Part shown: positions 9,916 to 20,586 of the stretch, in pieces
Layout: the number at the start of each line of letters is the position of its first letter
Numbering within the stretch: the stretch's first letter is position 1
Source: Acutalibacteraceae bacterium
GTDB taxonomy: Bacteria > Bacillota > Clostridia > Oscillospirales > Acutalibacteraceae
Direction: 5' to 3'
DNA: 64,000 bases
NCBI GenBank assembly: GCA_045648145.1
Contig: JAZRNK010000026.1
Coordinates: forward strand, 9,625-73,624
The notes under the pieces: model-generated
Seen by the model: only the letters and a program-made list of their open reading frames with translations
Told to the model about the DNA's origin: nothing
Databases searched by the model: none
Made by a program: the position numbers and the translations under genes

Positions 9916-10458
9916 TTGTTTTCTTTAAGTGACAACTACGACAACCGTTGTAATTTGACTGACGGTTACTCATCTTTAGTTAAGGTTTTATCTGAATATG
10001 CACCGCTTGTTAAATCACGCGCTTCGTCCTTTTGCTTTGACGGTTGTGAACTTGACGATCTTATTCAAGAAGGTAACATAGGTTTGATTTTGGCTTATTT
10101 TAAATACAATAGTGAGCTTTCTTCGTTTTCAACCTTTGCCCGTAAGTGTATTGATTCTGCTATCATTGACTATCTTCGCAAAAACAACAGACTGACAAGT
10201 GTACCAAAAAAACTTCTTGTTGATATAAGTGAGATTGAGGTTGCTGATTCAGCACCGTCGCCTGAGCACTACGTTTTTGTCAGTGACGAATACAACAATT
10301 TAGTCACCAAGGCGGAAACAACATTATCAAAGTTTGAATTTTCGGTTTTTTCAGATATAATCAACGGTTTTTCGGTTGCAGAAATTGCTGATAAAAACGA
10401 AGTAGCCGTTAAATCTATTAGAAATGCCGTTAATAGAATTCGTGCAAAATTGAAATAG
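9916..10458 (+). CDS. sigma-70 family RNA polymerase sigma factor (small, regions 2 and 4)
   Basis: Region 2 is DDLIQEGNIGLILAY...F.TFA and the region 4 HTH is FSVAEIADKNEVAVKSIRNAVNRIRAKL. The TTG at 9916 follows AAGGAGA by 5 nt. Confidence 0.7.
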   Translation: MFSLSDNYDNRCNLTDGYSSLVKVLSEYAPLVKSRASSFCFDGCELDDLIQEGNIGLILAYFKYNSELSSFSTFARKCIDSAIIDYLRKNNRLTSVPKKLLVDISEIEVADSAPSPEHYVFVSDEYNNLVTKAETTLSKFEFSVFSDIINGFSVAEIADKNEVAVKSIRNAVNRIRAKLK

Positions 10459-10563
10459 TTTAATATGCCCAAGTAGCTTAAAAAAGCAGAGCGTTGTATT
10501 CAAAGATGTCGGTGCGATTCCGTCCGGGGCTAATAAAATACTCAATTGAGAGAGGTAAAAAAC

Positions 10564-10842
10564 ATGTTCGAAGACAAGACCCTTAAGTGCAAAGATTGCG
10601 GAGAAGAATTTGTTTTCACTGCCGGCGAACAGGAGTTTTACGAGTCTAAAGGCTTCGTAAACGAGCCGCAGCGTTGCAAAAAGTGCCGCGATGCACGTAA
10701 AAATGCAGGTAGAGCACCTAAAGAAATGCATGAAGCTGTATGTGCTACTTGTGGTAAGCCTGCTATGGTTCCTTTCGTTCCGCGTGACGACCGTCCTGTT
10801 TACTGCAGCGAGTGTTTCGCCAAAATGAAGGAACAAGCTTAA
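10564..10842 (+). CDS. zinc-ribbon domain protein (two CxxC...CxxC pairs)
   Basis: MFEDKTLKCKDCGEEFVFTAGEQEFY...CKKCR and CATCG...YCSECF. ATG 10564 follows a GAGAGG SD. Confidence 0.7.
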   Translation: MFEDKTLKCKDCGEEFVFTAGEQEFYESKGFVNEPQRCKKCRDARKNAGRAPKEMHEAVCATCGKPAMVPFVPRDDRPVYCSECFAKMKEQA

Positions 10843-10857
10843 TATTAGCTTCGACTG

Positions 10858-10886
10858 GCCGTTTCAGGTTTACTGAAACGGCTTTT
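10858..10886 (+). terminator. terminator after zinc-ribbon gene
   Basis: GCCGTTTCAG-gttta-CTGAAACGGC followed by TTTT. Confidence 0.85.
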
Positions 10887-11017
10887 GTTGTTATATCATC
10901 AACTATTACTCATTTTTTTATCTTTCAACACATTTATTTAATACATTGTTCATATAATTTGATTTTATTTGATTTAAAATACTATTTGTAGTAAAATTTA
11001 CAGTAGGAGGAGTTAAT

Positions 11018-11710
11018 ATGCCTAATAAAAAAGTTTTGATTGTCGATGATGACAGCAATATTTGCGAATTATTAAGACTTTATTTAGAAAAGGACGGTTT
11101 TGATACCGTTATCGCAAACGACGGTGAGTCGGCAATAGTTAAATATAATTTAGAAGAACCTGACATTATTTTATTGGATATTATGCTACCCAAGCTTGAT
11201 GGATGGCAGGTATGCAGAACTATAAGGAAAAATTCCCAAGTGCCGATTATTATGCTGACCGCTAAAGGCGAGACATTCGATAAAATTTTAGGTCTTGATT
11301 TAGGCGCAGATGACTATGTCACAAAGCCTTTTGACACCAAAGAAATTGTTGCACGTGTTAAAGCGGTTTTGAGACGTTCTTCAAATTCCGATGAAAACAA
11401 TGAAAAGATTGTAAAATACGATAAGCTTATTATTAATTTAACTAACTATGAGCTTATTGTTGACGGCAAGCAGGTTGATGCTCCGCCAAAGGAATTAGAG
11501 CTTATATATCATCTTGCAAGTAATCCAAACCGCGTGTATTCCCGTGATCAGCTTTTAGATGAGGTATGGGGTTTTGAATATTACGGTGATTCGAGAACCG
11601 TTGACGTACACGTAAAACGCCTACGCGAAAAATTAGAAGGTGTTTCGGATAAATGGAGCATTAAAACGGTGTGGAGTGTTGGATATAAATTTGAATCCAA
11701 ACAAAATTAA
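11018..11710 (+). CDS. OmpR/PhoB-family response regulator
   Basis: Receiver domain (VDDD..., DIILLDIMLP, TAKG) plus a winged-helix output domain (RTVDVHVKRLREKL). Confidence 0.9.
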   Translation: MPNKKVLIVDDDSNICELLRLYLEKDGFDTVIANDGESAIVKYNLEEPDIILLDIMLPKLDGWQVCRTIRKNSQVPIIMLTAKGETFDKILGLDLGADDYVTKPFDTKEIVARVKAVLRRSSNSDENNEKIVKYDKLIINLTNYELIVDGKQVDAPPKELELIYHLASNPNRVYSRDQLLDEVWGFEYYGDSRTVDVHVKRLREKLEGVSDKWSIKTVWSVGYKFESKQN

Positions 11711-11712
11711 TT

Positions 11713-13146
11713 ATGAAAAACAGGTTGTTTAAAAAATTCTTCCTATCTACAACTGCTGCTATTGTTGTCAGTCTTGTTATTATAATGTCATTTTTAAGTG
11801 TTTTTGTGAGTTCGTATTTCGTTAACGAAAAAGAAAAACTGCTTATTAATAATTGCAAGACTATTACAAACGTTTTGTCTAACGAAACTGATAATGCTAC
11901 TAACTTTCACGTTAGTCTGAACGGTATCTTGAATGTTGTTTCAAACGCTATTTCAGGTGAGGTATATGTTTGTGATGAAACAGGCAGGGTTTTTATTTGC
12001 AGTTGTTCTGAATGGAAAAATGAGAAAAGCTGTGAGCATTCCAAAACACAACTTTCAAACACAATAATTGATAACGCTTCCGACGGCAAGTTTTTTGAAA
12101 TTGGCCATCTTGATGGTAGATTTAGGAATATTTACTATACTGCAGCAATGCCGTTTTTTACTGAAAGCAATGAAATTGCAGGGTATGTATTTATTTCATC
12201 TGCCGCATCACTCATTAAGGATATGTGGTCGGAATTATGGGACATTTATCTTATTTGTAATCTTGTTCCCATAACCTTAATGTTCATCTTTATCTATATA
12301 ATGACCAAGAAAATCACCAAGCCGTTGAACTTGATGTCTCAAGCAGCCATCAGTATGTCTAAGGGCGATTTTTCAAAGCGTATTCCTATAGCCGGTGATG
12401 ATGAAATTTCTGATTTAGCAAAAACCTTTAACAGTATGTCAAATTCATTATCTCAGCTTGAGTCAATGCGTCGAAGCTTTGTTGCTAACGTGTCGCATGA
12501 GTTAAGAACACCTATGACAACTATCGGCGGTTTTATAGACGGCATTTTAGACGGTACTATACCTAAAGACAAGCACGAGTATTATTTGAATATTGTATCG
12601 GCTGAAACAAAGCGCCTTTCACGGCTTGTTCAGTCTATGTTGAGCTTGGCAAGACTTGAATCGGGTGAGCAAAAGGTAAACTTAACAGAATTTGCCTTGA
12701 CAGACCTTATATGTGAGGTTTTAGTATCTCAAGAGCAAAGAATCACCGATAAAAACATTGATATTACAGGACTTGACGTGGGTAACGATATTAAAATCAC
12801 TGCCGACAGAGACCTGATATATCAAGCTGTATTTAACCTTGTTGATAATGCAATAAAATTCTCACCTGAAAGCAAAACAATTTCTTTTGATATTTCTAAA
12901 CAAGGCAATATAGTTTTGTTTAAAATTAAAAACGAGGGCAAAGGAATTAACCCTGAGGAATTACAGTATATATTTGACAGATTTTACAAAACCGATAAAG
13001 CCCGTTCGGCTAACAAGGACGGAACAGGATTAGGATTATATATAACTAAAACAATTATTGATATTCATAAAGGTAATATTTCTGTTAGCAGCAAACCCGA
13101 TGCTTATACTGAATTCATCGTTGAATTTCATCCAATAATTAATTAA
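11713..13146 (+). CDS. sensor histidine kinase (TM-sensor-TM-HAMP-HisKA-HATPase)
   Basis: H-box FVANVSHELRTPMT, N-box DNAIKF and G-box DGTGLGLYI. The gene starts 2 nt after the RR stop. Confidence 0.9.
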   Translation: MKNRLFKKFFLSTTAAIVVSLVIIMSFLSVFVSSYFVNEKEKLLINNCKTITNVLSNETDNATNFHVSLNGILNVVSNAISGEVYVCDETGRVFICSCSEWKNEKSCEHSKTQLSNTIIDNASDGKFFEIGHLDGRFRNIYYTAAMPFFTESNEIAGYVFISSAASLIKDMWSELWDIYLICNLVPITLMFIFIYIMTKKITKPLNLMSQAAISMSKGDFSKRIPIAGDDEISDLAKTFNSMSNSLSQLESMRRSFVANVSHELRTPMTTIGGFIDGILDGTIPKDKHEYYLNIVSAETKRLSRLVQSMLSLARLESGEQKVNLTEFALTDLICEVLVSQEQRITDKNIDITGLDVGNDIKITADRDLIYQAVFNLVDNAIKFSPESKTISFDISKQGNIVLFKIKNEGKGINPEELQYIFDRFYKTDKARSANKDGTGLGLYITKTIIDIHKGNISVSSKPDAYTEFIVEFHPIIN

Positions 13147-13164
13147 AACAATAGGGGACTATGT

Positions 13165-14457
13165 ATGGAAAACGAAAACTTAAACTTTGAGCAACAGGAT
13201 TTTAATGAAAATCAACAATTAAACGTTGAAGAACAAGTAGAAAACGAGCCTACTGTTTCATTTGATACGGTAAACGTTGTACCTAATCAGTCGTCATCTA
13301 AAGGCCTTAAGGTGTTCTTCTCGTTAATTGCTGTTATAGTTTTGCTAATATGCGCGCTTTCTGTAGGTTTTATTTTCGGAAAAAACTCTAATATCAGCAA
13401 TAAACCAACTTCAGCAACCAATTTGGTTAATAAAAATGAAAATCAGAAAGAAAACAGTTATACAAACGTTTACAACAATACTGCTCAATCGGTTGTAAGT
13501 ATTACTGTTTACAACGATGCTGAAGGTGTTTTATCGTATGCCAGCGGAGTTGTTTATACATCGGACGGATATATAGTTACAAACGACCATATTTATTCCG
13601 AAGTTTCTTCTCCTAAGTTTATGGTGACTATGCTGGACGGTACTGAATATAAAGCAAAATTTATAGCCGGTGATACAAGAAGCGATCTTGCAGTTTTAAA
13701 AATTGATGTAAATAATCTTAAGCCTGCAACCTTTGGCAATTCACAAGAAATTGTTTTAGGCGAAGAGGTGATTGCAATCGGTTATCCGTCGGGTGCAAGT
13801 GGCAGCGCAATTTTAACCGGCGGTATGATATCTTCAAAAGGTATAAGAGTTTCAACCTCGTCGTCATACACAATGAATATGCTTCAAACCGATACCGCAA
13901 TCAACCCCGGCAGCTCGGGCGGCGCACTTGTTAATATGTATTCTCAGGTTGTTGGTATTACTTCAGCAAAGCTTGTTGGAACTGCTTATGACAGCGTAGG
14001 CTATGCAATTCCCTCGGCAACGGTTGTTAAGGTCGTTAATTCCCTCATTGAACACGGCTATGTTACCGATAGGGGCAGACTCGGTATAACATATAAAGAA
14101 ATTGATTCTATTTATTCTGAAATAAACGGTATACCTTGCGGTCTTTTGATTGATTCTGTATCAACCGACAGTGAGCTTTACGGTAAAAACATATCTAAAA
14201 ACGATATTATTACTCATATTAACGATGTAGAAATCACAAACAGTAATATTGCTTTAGATATTATTGAGAACACTTTGCCCGGGAAAACTATGTCTTTTAC
14301 AGTTTATCATCCTTCGACCAAATCGTCTGAGGTTATTTACGGAGCGCTAATATCCGATCAGGGTTCATCAAGCTATTCGAATAATATTATAGAAAACGAT
14401 AGCAACAACGATAACCCTTTTGATAACAACAGTTCTGATTTCTATTCTGACCACTAA
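13165..14457 (+). CDS. htrA: HtrA/DegP-family serine protease with PDZ domain
   Basis: Contains TNDHI, DLAVLKI and the GSSGGALVN catalytic Ser motif, with a C-terminal PDZ-like region and an N-terminal TM. Confidence 0.85.
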   Translation: MENENLNFEQQDFNENQQLNVEEQVENEPTVSFDTVNVVPNQSSSKGLKVFFSLIAVIVLLICALSVGFIFGKNSNISNKPTSATNLVNKNENQKENSYTNVYNNTAQSVVSITVYNDAEGVLSYASGVVYTSDGYIVTNDHIYSEVSSPKFMVTMLDGTEYKAKFIAGDTRSDLAVLKIDVNNLKPATFGNSQEIVLGEEVIAIGYPSGASGSAILTGGMISSKGIRVSTSSSYTMNMLQTDTAINPGSSGGALVNMYSQVVGITSAKLVGTAYDSVGYAIPSATVVKVVNSLIEHGYVTDRGRLGITYKEIDSIYSEINGIPCGLLIDSVSTDSELYGKNISKNDIITHINDVEITNSNIALDIIENTLPGKTMSFTVYHPSTKSSEVIYGALISDQGSSSYSNNIIENDSNNDNPFDNNSSDFYSDH

Positions 14458-14464
14458 TTTATAA

Positions 14465-14498
14465 AAGCGCACAAACAACCTTTGTGCGCTTTATTTTT
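14465..14498 (+). terminator. terminator after htrA
   Basis: AAGCGCACAAA-caacc-TTTGTGCGCTT followed by a T-run. Confidence 0.85.
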
Positions 14499-14598
14499 AC
14501 AAAATACTGTAAATTAATATTGAAATATTATGTAAATATTGTATAATAGCCTTGTAGACTTATGTGTCATTTATTACACTTTTAGGAGAATGATTTTT

Positions 14599-16806
14599 AT
14601 GAGTAATACAACACCTTTGCAAAATATTGACTTTGCTAAAAAACCTATTGTGCGTTATGACCTTGAATGGAAAATCGGAGATTGCGGAACCGAAAAAAAC
14701 ACTCCCGAAACCATGATTCCCGCCACCGTTCCGGGTAACATTCAGTGTGATTACGCAAAATATTATAATTATCCCGATCATAATTACGCTGATAATTTTA
14801 AGCAATTTGACTGGATGGAGAAAAACTATTTTCTTTACGAAGCCAAATTACCTGAGATTGAAAATGGTAAAACTGTTTATATTTGGGCTGACGGAATTGA
14901 TTATGAATATGATATTTTAATCAATGATGAAGTTATATATCACCACGAAGGTATGTTTACAAAGCTTCGACTTGACATTACCGAATATTTAAAGGGTAAC
15001 GATAAATTAAATGTTTTAATTTATCCCGTTCCTTTAAACGAGAAAGTTACTATGGAGCGTGACCACGCAAACCAAACCTGTAAGCCTGCCGTAAGCTACG
15101 GATGGGATTTTCATCCAAGGGTAGTGCCGAGAGGCATTTGGGAGCCATTCCAAATTGTCACAACCGACGGTTACTGTATTACCGATTGGGACATTAACAC
15201 AGTAATGTCTAATGAGCTTGATTTTGTAACGGGAGAATTCAAGGCTGATTTAGACGTAATAGGCGATTATGAGCTTTCGCTTACTATAACTACACCCGAC
15301 GGCGAAGAGGTTTTTGCCAATACGGTTGAAAACGACGATATTATTTATTTCTCCGTTACCGAGCCTGAGCTTTGGTGGCCAAGCGGTTACGGAAAGCAGT
15401 ATCTTTATAACTTTGAGGTTGCTTTATCTAAAAACGGCGTTGCTATGCAGATTATCAACTTCCGTCGTGGCTTCAGAGATATAAAATTAAAGCAATATGA
15501 AGGTATTTGGCTTGAGCAGTTGGGCTATCCTAAGCGTTGCAACTCACAGCCTATAACATTCTATGTAAATAACAAACCGATTTTTGCACAGGGTACTAAC
15601 TGGGTTTGTCCTGAAATATTCTATGCAAATTTGAACCGCGAGAGATACGAAGAAGTTCTTTTACTTATCAAAAATGCCAATATGAACATTATTCGTTGTT
15701 GGGGTGGCGCAATTGTTAATAAAGATTCCTTCTTTGAGCTTTGCGATGAGTTAGGCTTACTTGTATGGCAAGAGTTCCCGCTTTCGTGCAACTTCTATCA
15801 CGGTACTCCTAAATACCTTAAAACCCTTGATGAAGAATCAAAATCAATCATTAAAAGGGTTAAAAAATTCACCTGTCTTGCTCTTTGGTGTGGCGGTAAC
15901 GAACTCTTTAACGAGTGGTCAGGTATGAATATGCAGGAGCCTGCAATAAGACTTATTGACAGCAATTGCTTTAAATACGACCCAAAAACACCTTTTATTC
16001 CGACTTCACCGATTTATGAAATGATGCACGGTCATTACAGCTTCTATGACCGAAAATGGAAGGTTGAAGTTTTTGAGATGTTTAACACTCGCCGTGCAAC
16101 AGGCTATTGTGAGGCTGGTATAAACGCAACATCCAGAATGGAAACTTTGAAAAAATATTTACCTGAAGAATCTCTCAATAAATTTCGCCCTGAGGATAAG
16201 GATGTTTATTGGGATTTACATCACATTGAGCATCTTGACCTTGATAACATAGAACGTTATTTTGGTAAACAGGATAAAATTGAAGACGTTGTTAAGCTTT
16301 CAGGTATGCTTCAGCAAATAGGTTATAAGTATATTTATGAGGAATCGCGTAGACAATCTCCTAAATGTTCACTTGTTATGAACTGGTGCTTTAATGAGCC
16401 TTGGCCGTGCGCTGCCAACGACAGTATTGTTGAATACGACAACACACCTAAGCCCGGTTATTACGCTATTTGCGAGGCTTTGAGAAATAGTATGCCAAGT
16501 ATGAGATATGATAAGTTTGAATACACAACCGGTGAAGTGCTCAAAATGGAAATTTGGTGGCTTACTAAGTTTTCGACCCAGCTTGACGGTAAAATCAACG
16601 TTTATCTCAACACCGACGAGGGTAGGGTACTTATTGGCTCAAGTGATAACCTATCAAAACAGTTAGAACACAACGAAAAGATTTTTGATTTATCGTGCAC
16701 TCTTAATATGAAAAACACTCAGATGTTCAGTATTGACGTTGAGGGTGAATTGGCTAACGGTGAATGTATAAAATCTGATTATAAGTTCCACTATAAAGCA
16801 CAATAA
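14599..16806 (+). CDS. glycoside hydrolase family 2 protein (beta-mannosidase/beta-galactosidase-like)
   Basis: About 735 aa with GH2-like blocks (NWV.PE, IRCWGG, WQEFP, CGGNE). ATG 14599 is 9 nt after AGGAGA. Confidence 0.7.
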   Translation: MSNTTPLQNIDFAKKPIVRYDLEWKIGDCGTEKNTPETMIPATVPGNIQCDYAKYYNYPDHNYADNFKQFDWMEKNYFLYEAKLPEIENGKTVYIWADGIDYEYDILINDEVIYHHEGMFTKLRLDITEYLKGNDKLNVLIYPVPLNEKVTMERDHANQTCKPAVSYGWDFHPRVVPRGIWEPFQIVTTDGYCITDWDINTVMSNELDFVTGEFKADLDVIGDYELSLTITTPDGEEVFANTVENDDIIYFSVTEPELWWPSGYGKQYLYNFEVALSKNGVAMQIINFRRGFRDIKLKQYEGIWLEQLGYPKRCNSQPITFYVNNKPIFAQGTNWVCPEIFYANLNRERYEEVLLLIKNANMNIIRCWGGAIVNKDSFFELCDELGLLVWQEFPLSCNFYHGTPKYLKTLDEESKSIIKRVKKFTCLALWCGGNELFNEWSGMNMQEPAIRLIDSNCFKYDPKTPFIPTSPIYEMMHGHYSFYDRKWKVEVFEMFNTRRATGYCEAGINATSRMETLKKYLPEESLNKFRPEDKDVYWDLHHIEHLDLDNIERYFGKQDKIEDVVKLSGMLQQIGYKYIYEESRRQSPKCSLVMNWCFNEPWPCAANDSIVEYDNTPKPGYYAICEALRNSMPSMRYDKFEYTTGEVLKMEIWWLTKFSTQLDGKINVYLNTDEGRVLIGSSDNLSKQLEHNEKIFDLSCTLNMKNTQMFSIDVEGELANGECIKSDYKFHYKAQ

Positions 16807-16898
16807 GTTGTTTCTACCAATCAATTTAGGTACTGTTTTTGGTAACATTAACAAAAAAGTGATATATTTAATTAGAGTTATGTATATTTTATAGAAAA

Positions 16899-16952
16899 TT
16901 TGCATTTAATCTTGCATAAATATAAACTTTATGATATAGTTTATGCATAAAT
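16899..16952 (+). promoter_or_regulatory. argG promoter (TTGCAT-17-TATAGT) overlapped by three TGCATWAAT repeats; candidate ArgR/AhrC operator
   Basis: The -35 is at 16912-16917 and the -10 at 16935-16940. TGCATTTAA is at 16901, and TGCATAAAT is at 16913 and 16944. An argR gene is present in the window. Confidence 0.45.
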
Positions 16953-16983
16953 TCATTATAAATATACATTTGGAGGCAAAATC

Positions 16984-18213
16984 ATGAATAAAGATAAAAT
17001 TAAAAAGGTTGTACTCGCTTATTCCGGCGGCCTTGATACTTCAATTATTATTCCTTGGCTTAAGGAAAACTACAACAACCCTGAAATCATTGCTGTTTCG
17101 GGTAACGTTGGTCAGGCAAGTGAGCTTGAGGGCTTGGAAGAAAAGGCTATTAAAACCGGCGCTTCTAAAATTTACATAGAAGACCTTACTAAAGATTTTC
17201 TTGATAACTACGTTTTCCCGTGCGTTCAGGCAGGCGCTCTGTACGAGGATTATATGTTAGGTACTGCATTTGCACGTCCGCCTATCGCTAAAAGAATTGC
17301 AGAGATTGCATTAGCCGAAGGCGCTGACGCTATCTGTCACGGTTGCACAGGTAAAGGTAACGACCAGGTCCGTTTCGAGCTTGCTATCAAGGCTTTCGCG
17401 CCTGATATGCCTATTATCGCACCTTGGCGTGAATGGGATATTAAATCTCGTGAGGAAGAAATTGATTACGCAGAGGCACATAACGTTCCTTTGAAAATCA
17501 ACCGTGAGACCAATTATTCAAAAGACAAAAACATTTGGCACCTTTCACATGAAGGTCTTGATTTGGAAGACCCCAAAAATGAGCCGCTTTACAACAAGGA
17601 AGGCTTTCTTGAAATGGGCGTTTCACCCGAAATGGCTCCCGATAAGCCTACATACGTTACAATTCATTTTGAACAGGGTATTCCTACCGCAGTTGACGGT
17701 GTTGAAATGGATTCAGTTGAGCTTGTAACTAAGCTTAACGAGCTTGGCGGCGCTAACGGTATCGGTTTGCTTGATATCGTTGAAAACCGTCTTGTAGGTA
17801 TGAAGTGCCGTGGTGTTTATGAAACTCCCGGCGGCGCTATTCTTTACAAAGCACATAATGTTCTCGAAACCATTTGTCTTGATAAAGAAACTGCTCATTA
17901 CAAATCACTTGTTGCTCAGAAGTTGGCAGAGCTTGTATATAACGCACAGTGGTTTACTCCTTTAACCGAGGCTATTCTTTCTTTTGTTAAGACCACACAG
18001 AAAACTGTTACAGGTGATGTTATACTCAAGCTTTACAAAGGTAATATGATAAATGCAGGTGTTTCTTCACCGTACTCGCTGTACGATTCTGAGATTGCAA
18101 CCTTTGACGAGGATGACGTTTACGATCAAAAGGATTCTGCAGGATTTATCAACCTCTACGGCTTGCCGACCAAGGTTTATGCCAAAATGAAGGCTAAAAA
18201 CAATTTAAAATAA
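16984..18213 (+). CDS. argG: argininosuccinate synthase
   Basis: Contains AYSGGLDTS and [13 protein letters not shown]; 409 aa. Confidence 0.95.
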   Translation: MNKDKIKKVVLAYSGGLDTSIIIPWLKENYNNPEIIAVSGNVGQASELEGLEEKAIKTGASKIYIEDLTKDFLDNYVFPCVQAGALYEDYMLGTAFARPPIAKRIAEIALAEGADAICHGCTGKGNDQVRFELAIKAFAPDMPIIAPWREWDIKSREEEIDYAEAHNVPLKINRETNYSKDKNIWHLSHEGLDLEDPKNEPLYNKEGFLEMGVSPEMAPDKPTYVTIHFEQGIPTAVDGVEMDSVELVTKLNELGGANGIGLLDIVENRLVGMKCRGVYETPGGAILYKAHNVLETICLDKETAHYKSLVAQKLAELVYNAQWFTPLTEAILSFVKTTQKTVTGDVILKLYKGNMINAGVSSPYSLYDSEIATFDEDDVYDQKDSAGFINLYGLPTKVYAKMKAKNNLK

Positions 18214-18287
18214 TTTATTAAAGAAAAGACGGAAAGCTGCCTTTTTAGGCGGCCTTCCGCCTGATTGTTTAATTGAAGGTGAAATTT

Positions 18288-19664
18288 ATGGATAAAATGT
18301 GGGCAGGAAGATTTTCTAAAGCTCTCGATAAGGAAGCGGACGACTTTAATTCTTCGGTTCATTTTGACAGCAGAATGTATAAGCAGGATATTACTGGCTC
18401 AATGGCTCACGCTGTTATGTTGGCTGCAAAGGGCATTATTTCCCAGTCTGACAGTAACGTTATTATCGAAACTTTAGAAACAATTTTGAACGATATTGAA
18501 AGCGGAAACCTTGAAATAGATATGAACGCCGAGGATATACATATGTTTGTTGAGTCTGAACTTACCAAGCGTATCGGCGAAATCGGCAAAAGATTGCATA
18601 CAGCCCGTAGCCGTAACGATCAGGTTGCTGTTGATATCCGTCTTTATCTGCGTGATGAAATTAATAGTATTATTGATTTATTAAAAGAGCTTTTGAAGAC
18701 CATAACCAAGCAAGCCGTCGAACATAAAACCACCATTATGCCCGGCTACACGCATCTTCAAAGAGCTCAACCCGTAACCTTTGCCCACCACATTTTAGCC
18801 TACGGTATGATGTTTACAAGAGATATTGAGCGATTAAAAAACACCGCCAAATTAATGAACGTTTCACCTTTAGGCTCCTGCGCTTTAGCCGGAACTACCT
18901 ATGATACCGACCGCTATATGACAGCCGAAAAGCTAATGTTTGACGGCATAACTCTTAACAGTATTGACGGCGTTTCCGACCGTGATTTTTGTGTTGAATT
19001 ATTAAGTGATATATCAATTGTAATGATGCATCTGTCTCGTTTTTCCGAGGAAATAATTATGTGGTCATCTTGGGAGTTTAAATTCATTGAACTTGACGAC
19101 AGCTACACAACAGGCTCAAGCATTATGCCGCAAAAGAAAAATCCCGATATGGCTGAATTAGTAAGAGGTAAAACGGGTAGGGTATATGGTGATTTATTTA
19201 CCATGCTGACCGTTTTAAAGGGTATTCCGCTCGCATATAACAAGGATATGCAGGAAGATAAAGAGGCTATATTTGATGCAATAGACACCGTTAAAAAGTG
19301 CTTAAATGTCTTCACACCTATGATAAGCACAATGACCGTATTAAAAGATAATATGTATAAGGCCGCTCAAAAAGGCTTTATTAATGCTACCGACCTTGCT
19401 GATTACCTTGTTAAAAAGGGTATACCTTTCAGAACTGCATACAAGGAAGTTGGTCAGATTGTAGCACACTGCATCGCCAACGACTGTGTTTTAGATACTT
19501 TACCCATCGAAAAATATAAAGAGTTTGATGATAATTTCGAAGCAGACCTCTTTAATGAAATTTCACTTGAAACCTGCGTTAGCAAACGTATTTCTGCAGG
19601 CGGTACTTCGTTAGACTCGATAAACAAGCAAATAGATTATATTGATAACTTTTTAAAATTGTAA
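18288..19664 (+). CDS. argH: argininosuccinate lyase
   Basis: Contains MWAGRF, TARSRNDQVA and the GSSIMPQKKNPD signature. ATG 18288 is preferred over the upstream TTG. Confidence 0.95.
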   Translation: MDKMWAGRFSKALDKEADDFNSSVHFDSRMYKQDITGSMAHAVMLAAKGIISQSDSNVIIETLETILNDIESGNLEIDMNAEDIHMFVESELTKRIGEIGKRLHTARSRNDQVAVDIRLYLRDEINSIIDLLKELLKTITKQAVEHKTTIMPGYTHLQRAQPVTFAHHILAYGMMFTRDIERLKNTAKLMNVSPLGSCALAGTTYDTDRYMTAEKLMFDGITLNSIDGVSDRDFCVELLSDISIVMMHLSRFSEEIIMWSSWEFKFIELDDSYTTGSSIMPQKKNPDMAELVRGKTGRVYGDLFTMLTVLKGIPLAYNKDMQEDKEAIFDAIDTVKKCLNVFTPMISTMTVLKDNMYKAAQKGFINATDLADYLVKKGIPFRTAYKEVGQIVAHCIANDCVLDTLPIEKYKEFDDNFEADLFNEISLETCVSKRISAGGTSLDSINKQIDYIDNFLKL

Positions 19665-19698
19665 ATTTGTTTATTATTTTGTCGTAGGAGGTGTTTTT

Positions 19699-20487
19699 GT
19701 GGATAAGCGGAGCACACGTTCGGCTTTTTATGAAAAAGAGGCTGACGCTAATAATTACCTGTATTTAAGAAAGCTCACTTCGGATAAGTATGTCGGTAGA
19801 TTGCCTCATTATCACGATAGCGTAGAGCTTGTTTTAACCATTAAAGGTCAATGCGTTGTGTTTATAAACGGTAACAAATACATTTTAAACGAGGGCGAGC
19901 TTGCTTTTATTGACCGTTTTGACGTTCATTATTATGAATATATTCAAGACAGTGAATATTACGTTATGCTTATCAACAAAAAACTTTTGAACGATTTTAA
20001 CGGCTTCGACAAACAAAAATTACCCGTTTTTCTGCAAAAATGCGACAAATTTGATGAGTTTAAGCAATTATTCGACAGCGTTTATAATCTTTGGCATGAA
20101 GCAAACTATGTTTTCAGAAGCGGTTTTGTCAATATAGTTTTGGGAATGTTATCCGACCAATATACACTTGTTGAGCGTGAGCTTAAAGGTGATGTAAAAG
20201 CTTTGGTTCACGCACTTATGTATTTAGACGAAAATTATTCTCAAAACATCACTCTTGAGTTTTTAAGCAATAAATTCGGTTACTCTAAAAACTATTTTTC
20301 AAGCCTTTTCAACAAATTCACAGGCATGAGTCTTCGTGAATATTTAAACAGACGACGTATTTATGAGTTTGAAAACCTTAAAAAACAAAATCCGTCGGAG
20401 CCTACATATTTAATTGCTCAAAAATGTGGTTTTGAAAGTATTAAAACTTTTTACAGAGCTTATAATTGCTACTGTCAAACTAAATAA
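19699..20487 (+). CDS. AraC-family transcriptional regulator (cupin plus HTH)
   Basis: N-terminal cupin-like region (HYHDSVEL) and a C-terminal AraC HTH (FGYSKNYFSSLFNKFTGMSLREY). GTG start 7 nt after AGGAGG. Confidence 0.85.
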   Translation: MDKRSTRSAFYEKEADANNYLYLRKLTSDKYVGRLPHYHDSVELVLTIKGQCVVFINGNKYILNEGELAFIDRFDVHYYEYIQDSEYYVMLINKKLLNDFNGFDKQKLPVFLQKCDKFDEFKQLFDSVYNLWHEANYVFRSGFVNIVLGMLSDQYTLVERELKGDVKALVHALMYLDENYSQNITLEFLSNKFGYSKNYFSSLFNKFTGMSLREYLNRRRIYEFENLKKQNPSEPTYLIAQKCGFESIKTFYRAYNCYCQTK

Positions 20488-20586
20488 ATCGTAATTTTTG
20501 ACACAAATTCATTAAAAAACGCCATTGTAACCAACAAATTAACCGTTATAATTAAGACATACTCTAAGTATTTGAGGTGTTTAATT

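Noticed and set aside
10351-10836. 161-aa ORF on the - strand
   Set aside because: It is antisense to the sigma-factor 3' end and the zinc-ribbon gene and spans their intergenic region. No motif or SD.
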